The notes below the pieces were generated by a model. It saw only the letters and a list, made by a program, of their open reading frames with translations, was not told where the DNA came from and did no database searches. Shown here piece by piece: positions 12,476 through 26,222 of a stretch of 64,000 nucleotides of DNA. Source of the DNA: Asterias rubens (taxonomy: Eukaryota). The stretch spans positions 24,304,001 to 24,368,000 of the forward strand of contig NC_047062.1 in assembly GCF_902459465.1 (NCBI RefSeq). Reading direction: 5' to 3'. The position numbers and the translations under genes were made by a program. Position 1 is the stretch's first letter, and the number at the start of each line of letters is the position of its first letter.

Positions 12476-14267
12476 GATGATCTTCTATGGGGGTATGTCA
12501 CGTGACGGGTAGGTCCGCAGACAGACTCGATATTTAATTATTTTGGTTTATTGTTGATGCTTTGAAGAAAAAAACAGTTAGGCCTAATTAAAATACTTTG
12601 GAGCTACAACAGATGGAAAAAAAAACCAAAACAACATGTCAAAATCTGTTAAACCCCATCCCAGCAGCAAAAGCTTTTCCGAGTCATAATATTAACCATA
12701 TACCTATTATTAAGTATATTATACAAAATAACTCGAGAATGGAGCTCAGAAAGAAAAGGTGGCCTCCATCAGCTAACTTTGAAACTGTCCGACAGTTCAT
12801 GCAGTTTTCTGTGATAGTTTGATAGTTACTAATAAGTTTCGCATACCCCGACCACGGCACTCGTGATCATTGCTCAGTGATCAAGTACGAATCCACCCAC
12901 ACAAATGAAAGTACAGGAGGTCGACTGCCTAGTCATTGTAATCAACAATTTAATTCGGAAATGGATGTTTTCTATACAATACTATGTGTCACGATTGCAG
13001 AAACTTCGGAGCTCATTAAAAAATAAAAGTCAAAACATCTTAATTTGATTCAATACCAGGGTAATATCGTTCAGGTTTTAATTGTATAGATTTTGCCTGC
13101 AGGCTGTTAACAGTATCGAAACATTGAATATTAATAAGTACAGGCTATTCTTTCGTCTCTCATAAAAAAAAAGGAAATTTAGATCTAGGTCACTTTAGAT
13201 CTAGGTCAATTGTTTTAGAAACACAATCACCATTTCAGGTCTATGTTTAAAGATATTGAGAATCATTTGTGCATAAAAGCCTTACGACCTATTATACATG
13301 GCACACAAACCCCGATAATGCACCTTTCCTTTCAAAACAGAAAATCTCATCTTTGAGTATAATATAAGCGGTTTCAACACGCTCATCTAGTTTTTAATTA
13401 ATCACTTGTCAAATAATACCTCCCCCATCAGTGCTTGTAACAAGCTTAATTGTGTTGGTCTCAACTGCGACAATAACGGAATTTTGTTTGTCTTTCCGGC
13501 AAATTATCAGCCGTGGAGAGGCACTCTTGGTCGGCGTGTCCGCCACTCGACCACCCTCGAAACAACTTGAACGGTGGTTCGCCCTGTCGTGGATACGGAG
13601 CGACCATGCCAGGAATTGGTTTCTCTCGTGTCTCAAATGATGCCAGAGTGATGATTAATAATACTGTGGGGTGGACTTGATGCATGAGAAAGAACCCTAC
13701 AACATTCTGGTTACTTTTGTTTGTATTGTTGAAAGTGTATCACTGAGATGTATCAGCTGTTGTGAGTGTTTACCTGCACATGAAGTATGATCGCCGTGTA
13801 CAGTGACATACGGCACCATACAGTTATACACCAGGCTGACACAACTCTAGCTGTCTTTACTTCGGCTGCATCGGGCCCACTGCACGGTTTAGAATTCGAG
13901 TGACGGCTTGGGAAAAAAACCCAACAACAACCCCTTCCAAAAACTAAAGTTGCACTAGCTCAGAAAAGTCGATTCGTTCACATGTTCTTACTACCATTGC
14001 ACTACACAGTGGGTTTGATTCCGATTAACTCGATCGCGATAGTTCTAAATATTGTTCCTCGATGTATGTTGTAGTATTTATTAAGACGGGAATAACTTTC
14101 AAAAAGTTGGTTTATTTTGGTGAACTTCTCTCAGATTGAAAACTCTCAGATTTAAACAATGTTTTTCTTGCAATGATAACAGACGTATGTAGGTAAACCT
14201 ACTTTTCGACACTGCTGCACAAGTTGATGACCGTAAAACGTATCTATTAGGAGAATGCACTGGAAAG

Positions 14268-14495
14268 CTGTTGATAGTACAAAACATATTTAGAAACGAC
14301 CCATTTGACAGTTTAAGCAAAAGACGGTAATTTTTTACCAACAATTTCGAGTCTGAGAAAATTTAGACAGACTTCAGTCATGAAGCCTTTCTCAAGCATC
14401 TGAAAGCACACAATATTATAATGTAGTAACAAGGGTGTTTTTCTCTTTCATTATTTTCTTGCGACTTCGATGACCAATTGAGCCAAATTTTTACA
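14268..14495 (-). mobile_element. Kolobok/T2-type MITE fragment (subfamily B-like)
   Basis: CAAGCATCTGAAAGCACACAA...CAAGGGTGTTT...CGACTTCGATGACCAATTGAGC is the reverse complement of the MITE body; both ends missing. Confidence 0.65.
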
Positions 14496-14548
14496 TGTTA
14501 ATAGTTGATTCAAACTTCCTTTTGGACATTTTACTGGTAACTTTTTTT

Positions 14549-14830
14549 AATCGAGTTGCTAAAAATAAACTGTACGGAACAGCAAACGTACGGAGTGCCA
14601 GGGATTATCATGAAATACTAATCAGAGTTTGGTGGAGAATAACGTCTTTCTTTATGATATTTTTATATAAACAAAATATCCTTTTTAATTCAAATCGAGT
14701 TGCTAAAAATAAACTGTACGGAACAGCAAACGTACGTACGGGCCAGCGATCATCATGAAATACTAATCAGAGTTTGGTGGAAAATAACGTCTTTCTTTAA
14801 GTTATTTATATATATACAAAATATCCTTTT
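14549..14830. repeat. Tandem duplication, 2 x ~144 bp
   Basis: AATCGAGTTGCTAAAAATAAACTGTACGGAACAGCAAACGTACG... starts at 14549 and again at 14693. Confidence 0.9.
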
Positions 14831-15342
14831 CGATTCTCAACACACACATCCCTTACATAATGCAAGACATGTTCTTTAATTGCATCCTTTCGCTTATAAT
14901 CTTTCCATGACAACCTCACAGTCAATCCTTAATATAGTGTATGTATGTATATAACCCGATAACCCGAACCCCGCCGCATCCTCTAGCGAAGATCTCAAGT
15001 ACAGAGATGAGTGGTTGTCCGGCGCCAGACTACTCGCCACATGATTAGCAAGTAAAGCATTCCCAATGGGACCTGCTTTAGATACAGTGATTTAGTTATA
15101 ATCTCTTAATGTATTTTATCGTCTAGATTAAACCAAGCCAATACCCAACGAATAAACAAAATTAATGTTCATTTTTGTTCTTCTTTCATAGAGAGGTCTT
15201 AACGTCAGGCCCTGGGGATTTGGGTCTCAAATGTCATGGAAAATAAGAAGGTGTTATCAGCTTATACTGTATCTTGCGGGATTAGAACATCAAAACAACA
15301 TAATATTCTACCTCATTTCAACTCACCGTCTACCGTACTGCA

Positions 15343-15722
15343 TTAAAGGCAGTGGAAACTGTTGGTAACTAGCAAAGACCAGTCTTTTCACTTGGATAAT
15401 CTCAACATATGCATAAAATAACAAACCTGTGAGAATTTGAGCTCGATTGGTCGTCGGAGTTGCGAGATAACTATGAAAGAAAAAAAAACACCCTAGTCAC
15501 ACGAAGTTGTGTGCTTTCAGATGCTTGATTTCGAGAACTAAATCTGAGGTCTTGAAATAAAATTTGTGGAAAATTACTTCTTTCTCGAAAACTACGTCAC
15601 TTCAGAGGGAGCCGTTTCTCACCATGTTTTATACTATCAACCTCTCCACATTACTCGGTACCAAGTAAGGTTTTATGCTAATAATTATTTTGAGTAATTA
15701 CCAAAAGTGTCACTGCCTTTAA
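15343..15722 (+). mobile_element. Kolobok/T2-type MITE (family A)
   Basis: TTAAAGGCAGTGG...CACTGCCTTTAA. Confidence 0.85.
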
Positions 15723-15808
15723 TAAGTTACCGCAGCTTTTGCTCATTTCGGAAAAGTTTTAAATCTATTTTAATCTATATTGTAAGGTCATGCAAACGCA
15801 CCAACTAA

Positions 15809-16315
15809 GGGAATCAATGTGTGGTGAAGAGGTTTTCAACCGGTGATTCAAACCCAACGAGGCCTGGTTTTGATAATTTTACCGAGACGAAGTCCAGGTA
15901 AATTATCAAGAACCAGGCCTCGGCGGGTTTAAATCACTATAGTTGAAAACCGATTCAACACACTTTGATTCCCATTCATAAATACCTTTCGGTCAAAAAA
16001 CATCAACACTTTTTGGTCAAAAAGTAAAACAAATGCAAAAATTATAATTGTTCAATGATAAGGCCCTCGGGGTTACAACTCCTTATAAGGGAATTATGTG
16101 CGCGTCGCGCGTATCGCGTAAAGTGGCACAACTGTTCCGGTCGTTGCTCTCGGCCAATAGGAATGAAGAAACCGTCTTATAAGCACAGGTGCAAGCTCGC
16201 GTGTCACGCCCATGTTTCAACACTTTTTACTGGTCATTAACAAGGGTTTATACACACCCACGTGATGCGCTCTCCACCAATAGGAATAGCGAAACTGTCT
16301 GAGGTATTTATGAAT
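15809..16315. mobile_element. Non-autonomous element with a ~165-bp hairpin and a second inverted repeat (Crypton-like, tentative)
   Basis: Arms GGGAATCAATGTGTG...AGGCCTGGTTTTGATAATTTTACC / GGTAAATTATCAAGAACCAGGCCT...CACACTTTGATTCCC around CGAGACGAAGTCC; second IR ATTCATAAATACCT (15974) / AGGTATTTATGAAT (16302). Confidence 0.55.
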
Positions 16316-16697
16316 AGAAGTTTTATTACTCTTCTAAATCTCAAACGAAAAGGTACCGCTTTGTGTCTACTATTTTGGTTCAATAATGACCAGCAGAAGT
16401 ATCATTAAGTCGACGCTTCTTTCTATTAATTCATACATTTTTTATTACGTTGGTCGTTTATGATGCTATTATCAGTTTCAATGCATTCACAATAACAATG
16501 GTAGTTACTGGTAAAAATTTGCCTTTGAATGCTTTTCCTCCTGCTGTGCCCACACAAATTTAAGTACATTGGTTAATGGCTATGCATTGGCAAAAGTAAA
16601 ACAAAATCAAGATTCAATGACTTAACAAATTTGTTATCATGCAATTGACATTGGTAAAAGGGGTATCAGTAGCATTTAAACAATTCACAAACTATAT

Positions 16698-16872
16698 TAA
16701 TTTTGGTTTTTTACCCATACACCGATGTGTGTTAGCACTGTATACTCAGTACTTTTCCGAGTCCTGTGAAAAAAATATCACAGGCATGTTGCTCGGGTGG
16801 TATTCGAACCCATCGGTGGATGGGTAAAAAACAAAATGAATATTCTTCATCCCCGATGCAAATTTAACATCT
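16698..16872. mobile_element. tRNA-derived SINE, 5'-truncated and internally inverted
   Basis: 16698-16810 is a minus-strand body with B-box remnant; 16811-16872 is a plus-strand tail. Both parts match 19789-19948. Confidence 0.7.
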
Positions 16873-19788
16873 CTTAATTCACAAACTATAACATTTGAAA
16901 AACGAATTTATTAACAAACCATGCATACCTAATTGTTTACATCTGAATGTAAACAATGCTCAAATTGTTGTTTCTACTGCTTGAAATAGTTAGGCCCGTT
17001 TGATTGAGTAATATATTGTACGATCGAGTCAAGATCTTCTTAATTATCTATGCATTAAGATGAAGCACCTATTTAAATGAAGTCGCTATGTCCTAAGATT
17101 GTTTGGTGGTGGTGGGGGGGGGGGGGCAACAAGGAGAACACAAGGCTCCACTTGTACACAAACAAACCATCTCATCTAAAAATTGTCTCCGTGTGGTATC
17201 GTTTCATACAAAATGCTACACTGCACTCATTTACTTCACATGAGGGCTTCAACATGCTGAGAACGAAAACAACTTACAGAGGAAGTGAAGCGCTGTGGGG
17301 ATAAATCGATGATTGCTCATTGTGACATTTCAAATGTTAGTCATTTAAGAATTACAGAAAACCGATATACTGCAATGGTTAATGTGGTATACATATCGAC
17401 TGGGTATAGACTGTACCGGAACTGTTCCCTCTGTTGGGTATAATGAGAACGAATGGCTGGATCAATACGGGGGTGTGCCGGGCCATATACAACAGATGAT
17501 AGATGACGAAATTGTGTTTTGCTGTAACTGTAAGACGCATCCGAAGATACATTTGAATCCGTCTGAATAACTGCCTCATACGAAAACTCTGTGGATAAAA
17601 AGTTATTTTTTACTAATGTGATCATTCAACGCAAAAACCCGACAGTTGAGGAAAATATCATTTTGTATACCTTGTAGGCATTATAGTGTTTATTAAAATA
17701 AGAGTGAGCATATAGTGGCGTAACTATATAATTGATTTTTGTTTGTGTGGGGGGGGGGGGGGGAGGGGGGCATGAGTGGATCATCGGAAAATTGCAGCTG
17801 GACGGTACCTTTGTATAGGGTTGAAAGGTCGGGGACGGTCAAAACAGGCAAGTATCAACAAACCTTTATGGGATACACCTCTATGCAGAAGTACGGTCCT
17901 GATCAGGATTGGCTATACCAGGGTGCTATAGATTTTCTATGATGAAAATCGATTCTAGAGGACATTCAATCCTGTAGCATTGCTGAACTACAATTCATGT
18001 TAACAATAGAAACTACCTGTTGAAGAGTGATAAACAACGCCGCAAAGGATTCCGTTGTATCTCGAGTCCAAAATCAGAGATGATTCCAGAATACTTTTCA
18101 AATTTGGTGATATTATCTAAATTTTGATATTTTTGAATTTCTACCCTGCTGACATTTGCATTGATCCCGTTTATGTGTCACCTGAAGCTCTGTAACTTTT
18201 GCGCACTCAACGAGCTTTAATTTATTGAACGTGTCTGTTAATTGTGTGATTTGCACTATGAATTAGTTCTAGACAATGTACAGTCATAATGAAACACTGG
18301 AACCTTAGTCTTTACAAACTGGATACAATCTCTACCTCCACTCATAAACACTGTTAAACTTAAAAAAGTTAATTCATTTGTGTGCTGTTTAGGGTTACTT
18401 GTTATGTGATAGTTAAATCAAACAAACTATCTAAGGTGTTACGTTGCACGATTATACAAACCCATAGAAGCCTGTATACGGTCGGCGAATTAAGTTGGAA
18501 ACTATATACTGGTTTGGCTAAACTGTTTTCTCAAACTTTTTATTAATTTGCTATCATCTGTGCGGTGCGAAAACGCCCTAAGGCAACACAATGTACCAGT
18601 TTCTTCCATTCTAACCGAAGGTATCTGTTGCGTTTGTATAGACAGGGCCCGGAGTTACCACCTCGGGCGAGAAAGGCAAAACTTGCTGCACACGTCTTTA
18701 CGCCTGGTAATCTGGTATATCATCAGGAGTATAACTGCTCATAATACGCGTGGCTGGGTGATACCTTCAATATGTCACCATGTGTTTGCATACGGCGAGC
18801 AGTAACGGACCATCTGCTCGTCTGAAGGACCCTCATCGCAGCGCACGTCAGCCCGCTCACCGTAAGGCGAGCCTCTCGCTCGGTCTTATGCTAAGGGACA
18901 CATGATTGGCAAACGCCGAGAGCAGTTACCAAGGGGACAGAAATGTAGATTATTGCTCCATCAGAGACAAGTAATGCCCCTGCCGTAGCAACTCGCGGGC
19001 TTTTCCTTCACCCCTAGTACTTGTTTTGTCTGTTTTGAGAGTTCAATTCATGATGTATAGATAAACCGTACTGCGATTGTATAATACGGTTTATGAATAA
19101 ATGTAGGGAAACACTTTCAAACCACTCCATCGAAATTCTTAGGGGGGAATTGCAACATGAATTTTTATTGAGTTGCCTAAACCGTCGCCAGAGAGTCGTG
19201 TTATTATGGCTGTATATATTGGGTGAAGTTAAATTTTATGGCTCAACAAGAACTTGGCTCAACAAGATAATAATTGTCAGCTAATAGATCCCGCCAAATT
19301 TAAATGTTTAAATGTTTAAAGAAGACAGGTTGTTAGTGTCGTTTAGTTTAAGTTGTTGACAACGTAAATGTATCCATATAGACCAACCCCTAATTCCCAT
19401 AGTTTGCCTAGCACTAATTACTATTAAAAACAAAAAAGTATTTACGGATTGGTAATCATCGACAAATCAATTTGTTAATTTTCCAGAGAAATGTTTTCGT
19501 TTGAAAACAGCCAACTTAAAAAAAAAAGCGCACTTTAAGAGTTTAAATTAAATTACTGTTGCGGATTGTTTTGCAATTAAAATAAGCTCACGAGCATTAA
19601 ACAAAGCAAAGGCTTCCAACGGTTGTTTTTTTTCAATCGAAATCGCAAAACATCAACCGTTTTGCGCTTGTAACGACTTTATGAAATTGGGGATGGGATG
19701 AAGACAGGAATTAACCAACTCTTTGGGAAAAAAGGGGGGGGGAAATTATCCATTGCCCCCTTTGCAATTGGGAAGAATATTAAACATA

Positions 19789-19948
19789 AGATAATGTTAA
19801 ATTTGCATCGGGGATAAAGAAGATAATTTTTTTGCTTTTTTTTACCCATACGCCGATGTGTGTTAGCACTGTATACTCAGTATTTTCCCGAGTCATGTGA
19901 AAAAATATCACATGCATGTTACTCGGGTGGGATTCGATCCCACGGCCC
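19789..19948 (-). mobile_element. tRNA-derived SINE, 5'-truncated
   Basis: Minus strand reads GGGCCGTGGGATCGAATCCCACCCGAG (B-box remnant), then body, then A-rich tail; highly similar to the 16.7-kb copy. Confidence 0.7.
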
Positions 19949-21348
19949 TATATTATACATGTAGTTACCATTTCATAAGCGAGCCGACACACAAGCTTTA
20001 AAAGAAATGTTTTTGTTTTAGATTTTGCATGACAACATAAAAACGATTTTTTTTTTTTAATTCATAATTGAAAAATTAATTCCCTCAGACATACTTTCTC
20101 GCTCTACCACTACCAGATAATAATTTTGATCCACGTATTTAAAACAATCCAATTGAACAAATTGAAGACCTGATAAACCTGGTGAAATTTGTATTGCAGC
20201 TTGCATAGGCCTATCAAAGTTTAACAAGTTGATAGATTTACTTTATGTCTTTACGAAATGCAGCTTGTACTGATATTAATAGTTCATCTTAAAATGAGTC
20301 CAGATATTTATTAATATCTTTATTTTATAATATGGTTGCTAACAATGATGTGAACAAACCAACTCATAACACTCGGCAAAGACTTGTGAAGCAGAAATAA
20401 CAGGCGTAGACTTGTATCAGTCCAGTGCTAAGGACACGCCACGGACTAATGAACAGGGATAGTACTGTATACCAGCAATTAATGTAAAAATAGATGTTCA
20501 GATTTGTCCAAAATTAAGATAAGTTAACATTCGGCATATATAGTGGTATTTTAGATGGATATTAATTGGAACACTCTGTATAGGTATGCAGTTTAATTTA
20601 AACAATAACGTGTTTCTCCTTGTCATGTCGATGTTGTTTCCCTTTGCACAATACCAATCATGCATGTCACACTTCAATATCTTGCGTTAACTAATTATAA
20701 ACATTGGTACCCCAGCGCCTACATTTAGGCTATGTTTTTCTTAACAACCAATCAATCCAAATAAAAGCTTAATTGTCCAACAAATGCCAGCACAAATTCA
20801 GCAAATAGTTTGGAGTAATTAGCCAAAACGCATGGCCACTACCAGTCGCTTTAATTCCAATCTGCTGAGCGGGTCGATCGTGCCAAACTCACGGTGTCAT
20901 CTCATTTTACGGTTGAGCTATTACGGCAGAGTCAGACGCGACTGACTTCCCACACCACCGGAAGCATCACGTTCAGACAAGAAGACTGGTTCTAATACCA
21001 GCCGGATACAGCAGAAGAAACATGGCATATAAGTCCAGGAGTAAAGGAGAGAGGAAACAGTAAAAAAAACACCAAGAATGAGGGAACAATTAAAGAGACG
21101 AAGGTGTTTAGACGTTAGACGAAGACGTTAGGTGTTTAAGATGATCATGTTCAACGCTTGCAAAGTACCGCACATGGCCTATGATTGCAACAGTTGCAAC
21201 TGTGTCAAATTTCATAGAGCTAAGCACAAAAACTAGCTCAACAAAAACGAGTATGCTTACCAGATATAGATTACCAGTCGAAACCTTGCTTACCATTTGT
21301 GACTGGTATCCTACTAATATCTAGCAGAAATTAGTTTGCAATTAGTGC

Positions 21349-21708
21349 TTAAAGGCACTATTGGTAATTGTCAAAGACCAGTCTTCTCACTTGGTGCATC
21401 TCAACATTTGCATAGAACAACAAATCTGTGGAAATTTTGGCTCAATAAGTCGTCGAAGTTGTGGGATAAATATGGAAGAAAAACACCCTTGTCACACGAG
21501 TTGTGTGCTTTCATGCTTTATTTCAAAATTTAATTTTGAGGTCTCGAAATCTCGTGGAAAATTACTTCTTTCTCGAAAACTACGTTACTTCGGGGGAGCC
21601 GTTTCTTACAATGTTTTATACTATCAACCTCTCCCCATTACTCGTTACCAACGGTTTTATTGCTAATAATTATTTTGAGTAATGACCAATAGTGTTCACT
21701 GCCTTTAA
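21349..21708 (+). mobile_element. Kolobok/T2-type MITE (family A), small deletions
   Basis: TTAA...TTAA, same body. Confidence 0.8.
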
Positions 21709-22329
21709 GCAGCTCTATGAAGTGAGCCCATGCAGTATGGTGAACTCTTGCGTTTCAGTGACGCTAACAAGTTTATCAAATCACTCAAAGTGGGTGTCAT
21801 TAACGAGACACTGAATTATTAAAGAACAACGAGCGTCAAGTGACGTCATTTCGTCATTCTTAATTTGTCCAACGGGTATATGAAACAATGTTACACGTTC
21901 CCAAATGATCCACGATTGAACGTGTTACGTCTGCTGTATGTGTTTCAGCCAACAATAATAAAATGAACAGCCCAGGGTGTATGCAGAAAGACAAGCAGCG
22001 TGTCAAGACATCATTTGCCTCTCAGCCACCTTCAAAGACGGTACCTGCACATTGGAGTTTCCATTTGAAACCTTCAATTGCCGCCTTCATATCAAGTGTT
22101 TTCCTTGGCCCAAACCATCTTTTTGGGATGCTGTCACAAATATTGCGTATCAAAGCCTGCCTATCTGCTTAGATCAGCAACCATCCACAGTGGCATCCCA
22201 CTGCAGTTTTCATTCACACATTGCTCTGAGCAGCCCCACAATTTGTAACATCCGCGTCAACTTTGATTAAAAAGGAGGGGAAATCCTCAATAACTGTTTC
22301 GGCATAAACCCAATACTATAACCATCATC

Positions 22330-23100
22330 ACCCAGCCTGAAACCACTGCCGAGATTTTAATTGTTTGTGTAGCATCCCCCACTTATCGAGCCTGCTTGGG
22401 ATTTTTCCGCGGGCTCTTGGCCTCTTTGTTGGCAGTCTTTCAATGACAAGACGAAAAAAAGAAAACAAGAGAATCGGAAAAAGTAGACACTGTAGCTAGT
22501 CCGAATGTTCTATAACCCAGGTAAAAGCTCCCCTGTCAATCTATCTCAAGTACAGCCTCAACGGTGCGGATAAGGTGGCGATCCGTCATGCAAACCGGGT
22601 CGTCTTAACGTCCAGCAGATCCATATTTTATATAGAGGGCATTTCCCCGCTTGATTGGAACTTTTTCCCTCTCCCTCTTTCTCTCTTTCGTGCCAGAATG
22701 GAAGGAACGGGCGCCTGTTTAAATGCAATCTTCCTTGAAGTAGCTCTTCAGGCAGCTGAAAAAATCCACCGAGAGCCGGGCAGGACAGACCCGAAACTTG
22801 AGCCGATTCAACGGTTCAATCAGCTCAGATAGCACCCGCTGGATTGTCGGCTTAACTGCCTTGTCAATAGTCAGTAGATAAAGCGAGGGGAGAAAAAAAA
22901 GTAGGAGGAAAAAACCTTTTGGCTCTTACCAATTATTGCAATCGTATTTATTCTCTGGCAGTGGGTGTTTATTTTGGGGAGCGTTCTTATGAGGCAGTAG
23001 TGCGATGGGGGACGATGCTTGGGGAGTGTGTGGAGTTGTCCCCGTTGTTTGCCGAGTTTAAAACAGATCATTGACTGTTTAAGAGAAGGTGTTAACGGTA
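22330..23100. promoter_or_regulatory. Candidate distal enhancer of NK2.1
   Basis: GC/CpG-richer, repeat-free non-coding island with a near-Pbx/Meis site CTGTCAATCT (22533) and homeodomain/Fox-like cores. Function is inferred only. Confidence 0.35.
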
Positions 23101-26088
23101 CGTTATCCTCTAAGCAAAATGAGTTTTTTTTGTAGGGTTTAAGGTTATATTTTATTTTAGGAGAATAAAGTGTTATTCAGAAACCAAACGTGCATAAAAA
23201 TATTGCATGTTTTAAAGGATGTGAAACTCCCATCCGAAGTCTTGTATAATAGCTCTTTAAGTAGACGGATATTTGCAGCGGGGATTTATAAATACTGTTC
23301 AGCATAATGAAATATTGTCATTCATTATCTCTTATAAGTTTGAGATCTGACATCCACAAAAATTTGATTTGGTCGATTTAAAAAGCTTTGCAAGAATCTG
23401 TGTTATGTTATGATTTCGCACAATTTGAAAGTGGTTTTTGTTCAAACAAACTTGAACTAAAAACGCAGAGCACTTGGTGTCGTTGCTGCGCTGTGTTGGA
23501 GTATAAAAACACACATATCCTGGTCACTTGTGGACTACTTGAAGACTACCATCATTGCTGAGAATTCACTCGGCCCTCGGGGTTCAAGCTAAGAGCTGTC
23601 GAGAAGCGATGAAGGTGTAGTGGTTATCGAAGTCTATCTCCAGGGCTGGGCAGGGACAACTCCTGGCATTCAAAACGCTGTTTCTTACTATAGCAAGGTT
23701 CATTTGTTTTTCTCTTAACTGTTGGTTATTTTTCTTGATTCCCGAAGTAAGAAGTTGTTAAAAGAACACCTCAAATGGGACTGCGTTGTCTGAATCTGCT
23801 CATGGAGATAGGTAGCCCATATAATAATAATAAAAAAAGACGAGCTGACGGTAACAACCGAACATTGTTTCTTCTTGGGCCATTTATATTGAACGATGAC
23901 ACGCAAGACAAAATAAATCAGTTTTTATTCAGGGCATTATAAAACCTGAAATGTGATTACCGTGCAAATTGCGATGCCGATTAAAGCATCACCACTTTCT
24001 TTGAGAATCAATTCTAGCCCAACTTGTGACTTGTTTAAGTTACTGTTAAAAGTTGAAAGCTTAAAAGGCGTTCAAAGTTTAAAATTATAAAACAAGCATC
24101 TTACTGACAAAAACAAACACACAACCCAAGGCTGTTGATGTTGCAAGATTGAGGAGTAGTGAAAGTTGAAGATGCGGAATGCTGAGGTGCTGTTATGTTC
24201 AAAATGTGGGTGATTTATTATTATTATTTCAACTCTCCTGCATATGGTAGGCCTATAACTCATGAAATTTGTGGAGCCTGTACCGGATCTCGGTTATGAC
24301 TTTCTCATGATTTGCACAAGGACTTGTTTCATCCGGTTAATCATCTAATTCCACCTTAACTATGACCAGCGTGTGTTGAAGGGGGAGTTCAGCTGAAAGG
24401 AAAGCGTTCGTGTCGCGGTGGCTTTTGGCCGTGCAAGAGGAGTTGTCAGCCGGGGAGAGTAAACACAGAGTGCCCGGTGCACGCTAGACCCAGAGAGCCT
24501 TAATTGAAAACGCATTGAGAAAGACTAACTCGGGTCCCCCTACCACTACCCACCCTTCCAATTGCCCAGGATTATTGAAATGTTAATTTCTTGACAAAAG
24601 ACGAATCGATAGTTTATAAAACGATGGCGAAAACAAATACAGGTTTTTGGAGAGTCCTCCTTAGTGAGTTAGACGGTGCTGAAAGTAGATCTCCGTCGAG
24701 GAGCTGAGAGACAGCAAAGGAGCGAGCGATCTAGCTTTTATTTCTCTATTTATATTTTTTTTCATTTGGGGTTTCCTAAAGTTGTGTTATTTTTGTTGAT
24801 GCATGCGCTTTTGTTAAGAGCCACTTTTTATTGTGCTGCATGGAAACATTATGCCGCTGGCCTCATTCTGCCAAGACGGTAAATTAATTTGTGATTGTTG
24901 CACTTAAGTTCTCGGCTAAGTATATAAACATATCGCATGTCATTTTTCTTAATGCCGTGCCAGTAAGGGTAACAAAGGGGGGTAATCCAGGCTGAGTATC
25001 GATATATTAACTGGGCAGTTTAAATATTTTTGTTTCCCATGTCTTACGGGGACTTTAGTTTCAATGTGTACGATCCTGTAAATCCAAATTGAAAGACTCG
25101 AGCCGACATGTGTTTTGTTATAATGAGCGTGGCTGCCTCATGCACCAATAATTTCATGACTATCGTATTTTATTCTTCTTCATTTGTTTGGTACATTCTT
25201 GCCTTAAGAGATCTGTTGCTGGGGATATATAACTGTTATAGTATTGTCTAATACTAGCCAGAAACACCAACAGATCGCTCATGTACAGCCTCAGGGCCCA
25301 GACCTACCATACTCCGGAGACAGATAACCAGCGTCTCGATTGAAGCGGCCAATATTGTTGCTGCATGTAACTTTAAAACCACCGTACGGATTGGCTCATT
25401 GTGGCTCTGTTCATATCGCCTACCAAACCCCATTCAACGCTGGTGCAGCCACGCTCGGCTCCATCGCCTCTAGGGAGCACCACTACACACAGGCAGCTCG
25501 TTTGCATAATTTCTGTTAAAAGGTTCGTTTTCTTAATTAATCACATCCGTCACTTCTGTTTGTTCACCTTAGGCGCGTGGTTTGCTACTGGTTGGGACAG
25601 TGGAGATTACAAGTATATAATCAATAACATTCGTCACAATGCCCAGTTTGAATGTGGGGACACACGAGTACCTCACACAGGGCACTGACACATGAGCAAG
25701 AAATATTATTGCTTTTTTTGTCATTAGAACCGAGAAAAAAACTTTTTTGAAAGATTAAAATCATTCAAATTTATCACTTATTTTGAAGTTCTTAAGAAAT
25801 CTTAGTCAACAGTGTTCACGGAGAGCATAATCGATATCAACCCTCAATACACCATCATGTCGAAGCTATACCATCGTTGTCTGTTTCATTACTGACACGA
25901 CATCGTTACAAACAAGTCTAAAACAGCTTGGTTTATGTCCCCCAGTACAAACAACAACAACACAATCAAACAAGCCAAATTAACCAAACAAATAAATTAA
26001 TGAAACTAGCAACCACCTTAATTTGAAACAGACAACTAAAAAAAGGGAGTTAATGAAGATAAGTTAAAGTAGGTTTTGTGAACCCCGA

Positions 26089-26171
26089 CAAAACAACAAC
26101 AAAACAAGAAAAACAACAACAACAACACTAACAACAACAACGATGATGACGACAACGGTAACATTGACATT

Positions 26172-26217
<46 letters not shown>

Positions 26218-26222
26218 GCATA
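26089..26222. repeat. (AAC)n microsatellite, pure run 26172-26216
   Basis: Directly visible; explains the poly-L and poly-V ORFs on the minus strand. Confidence 0.95.
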
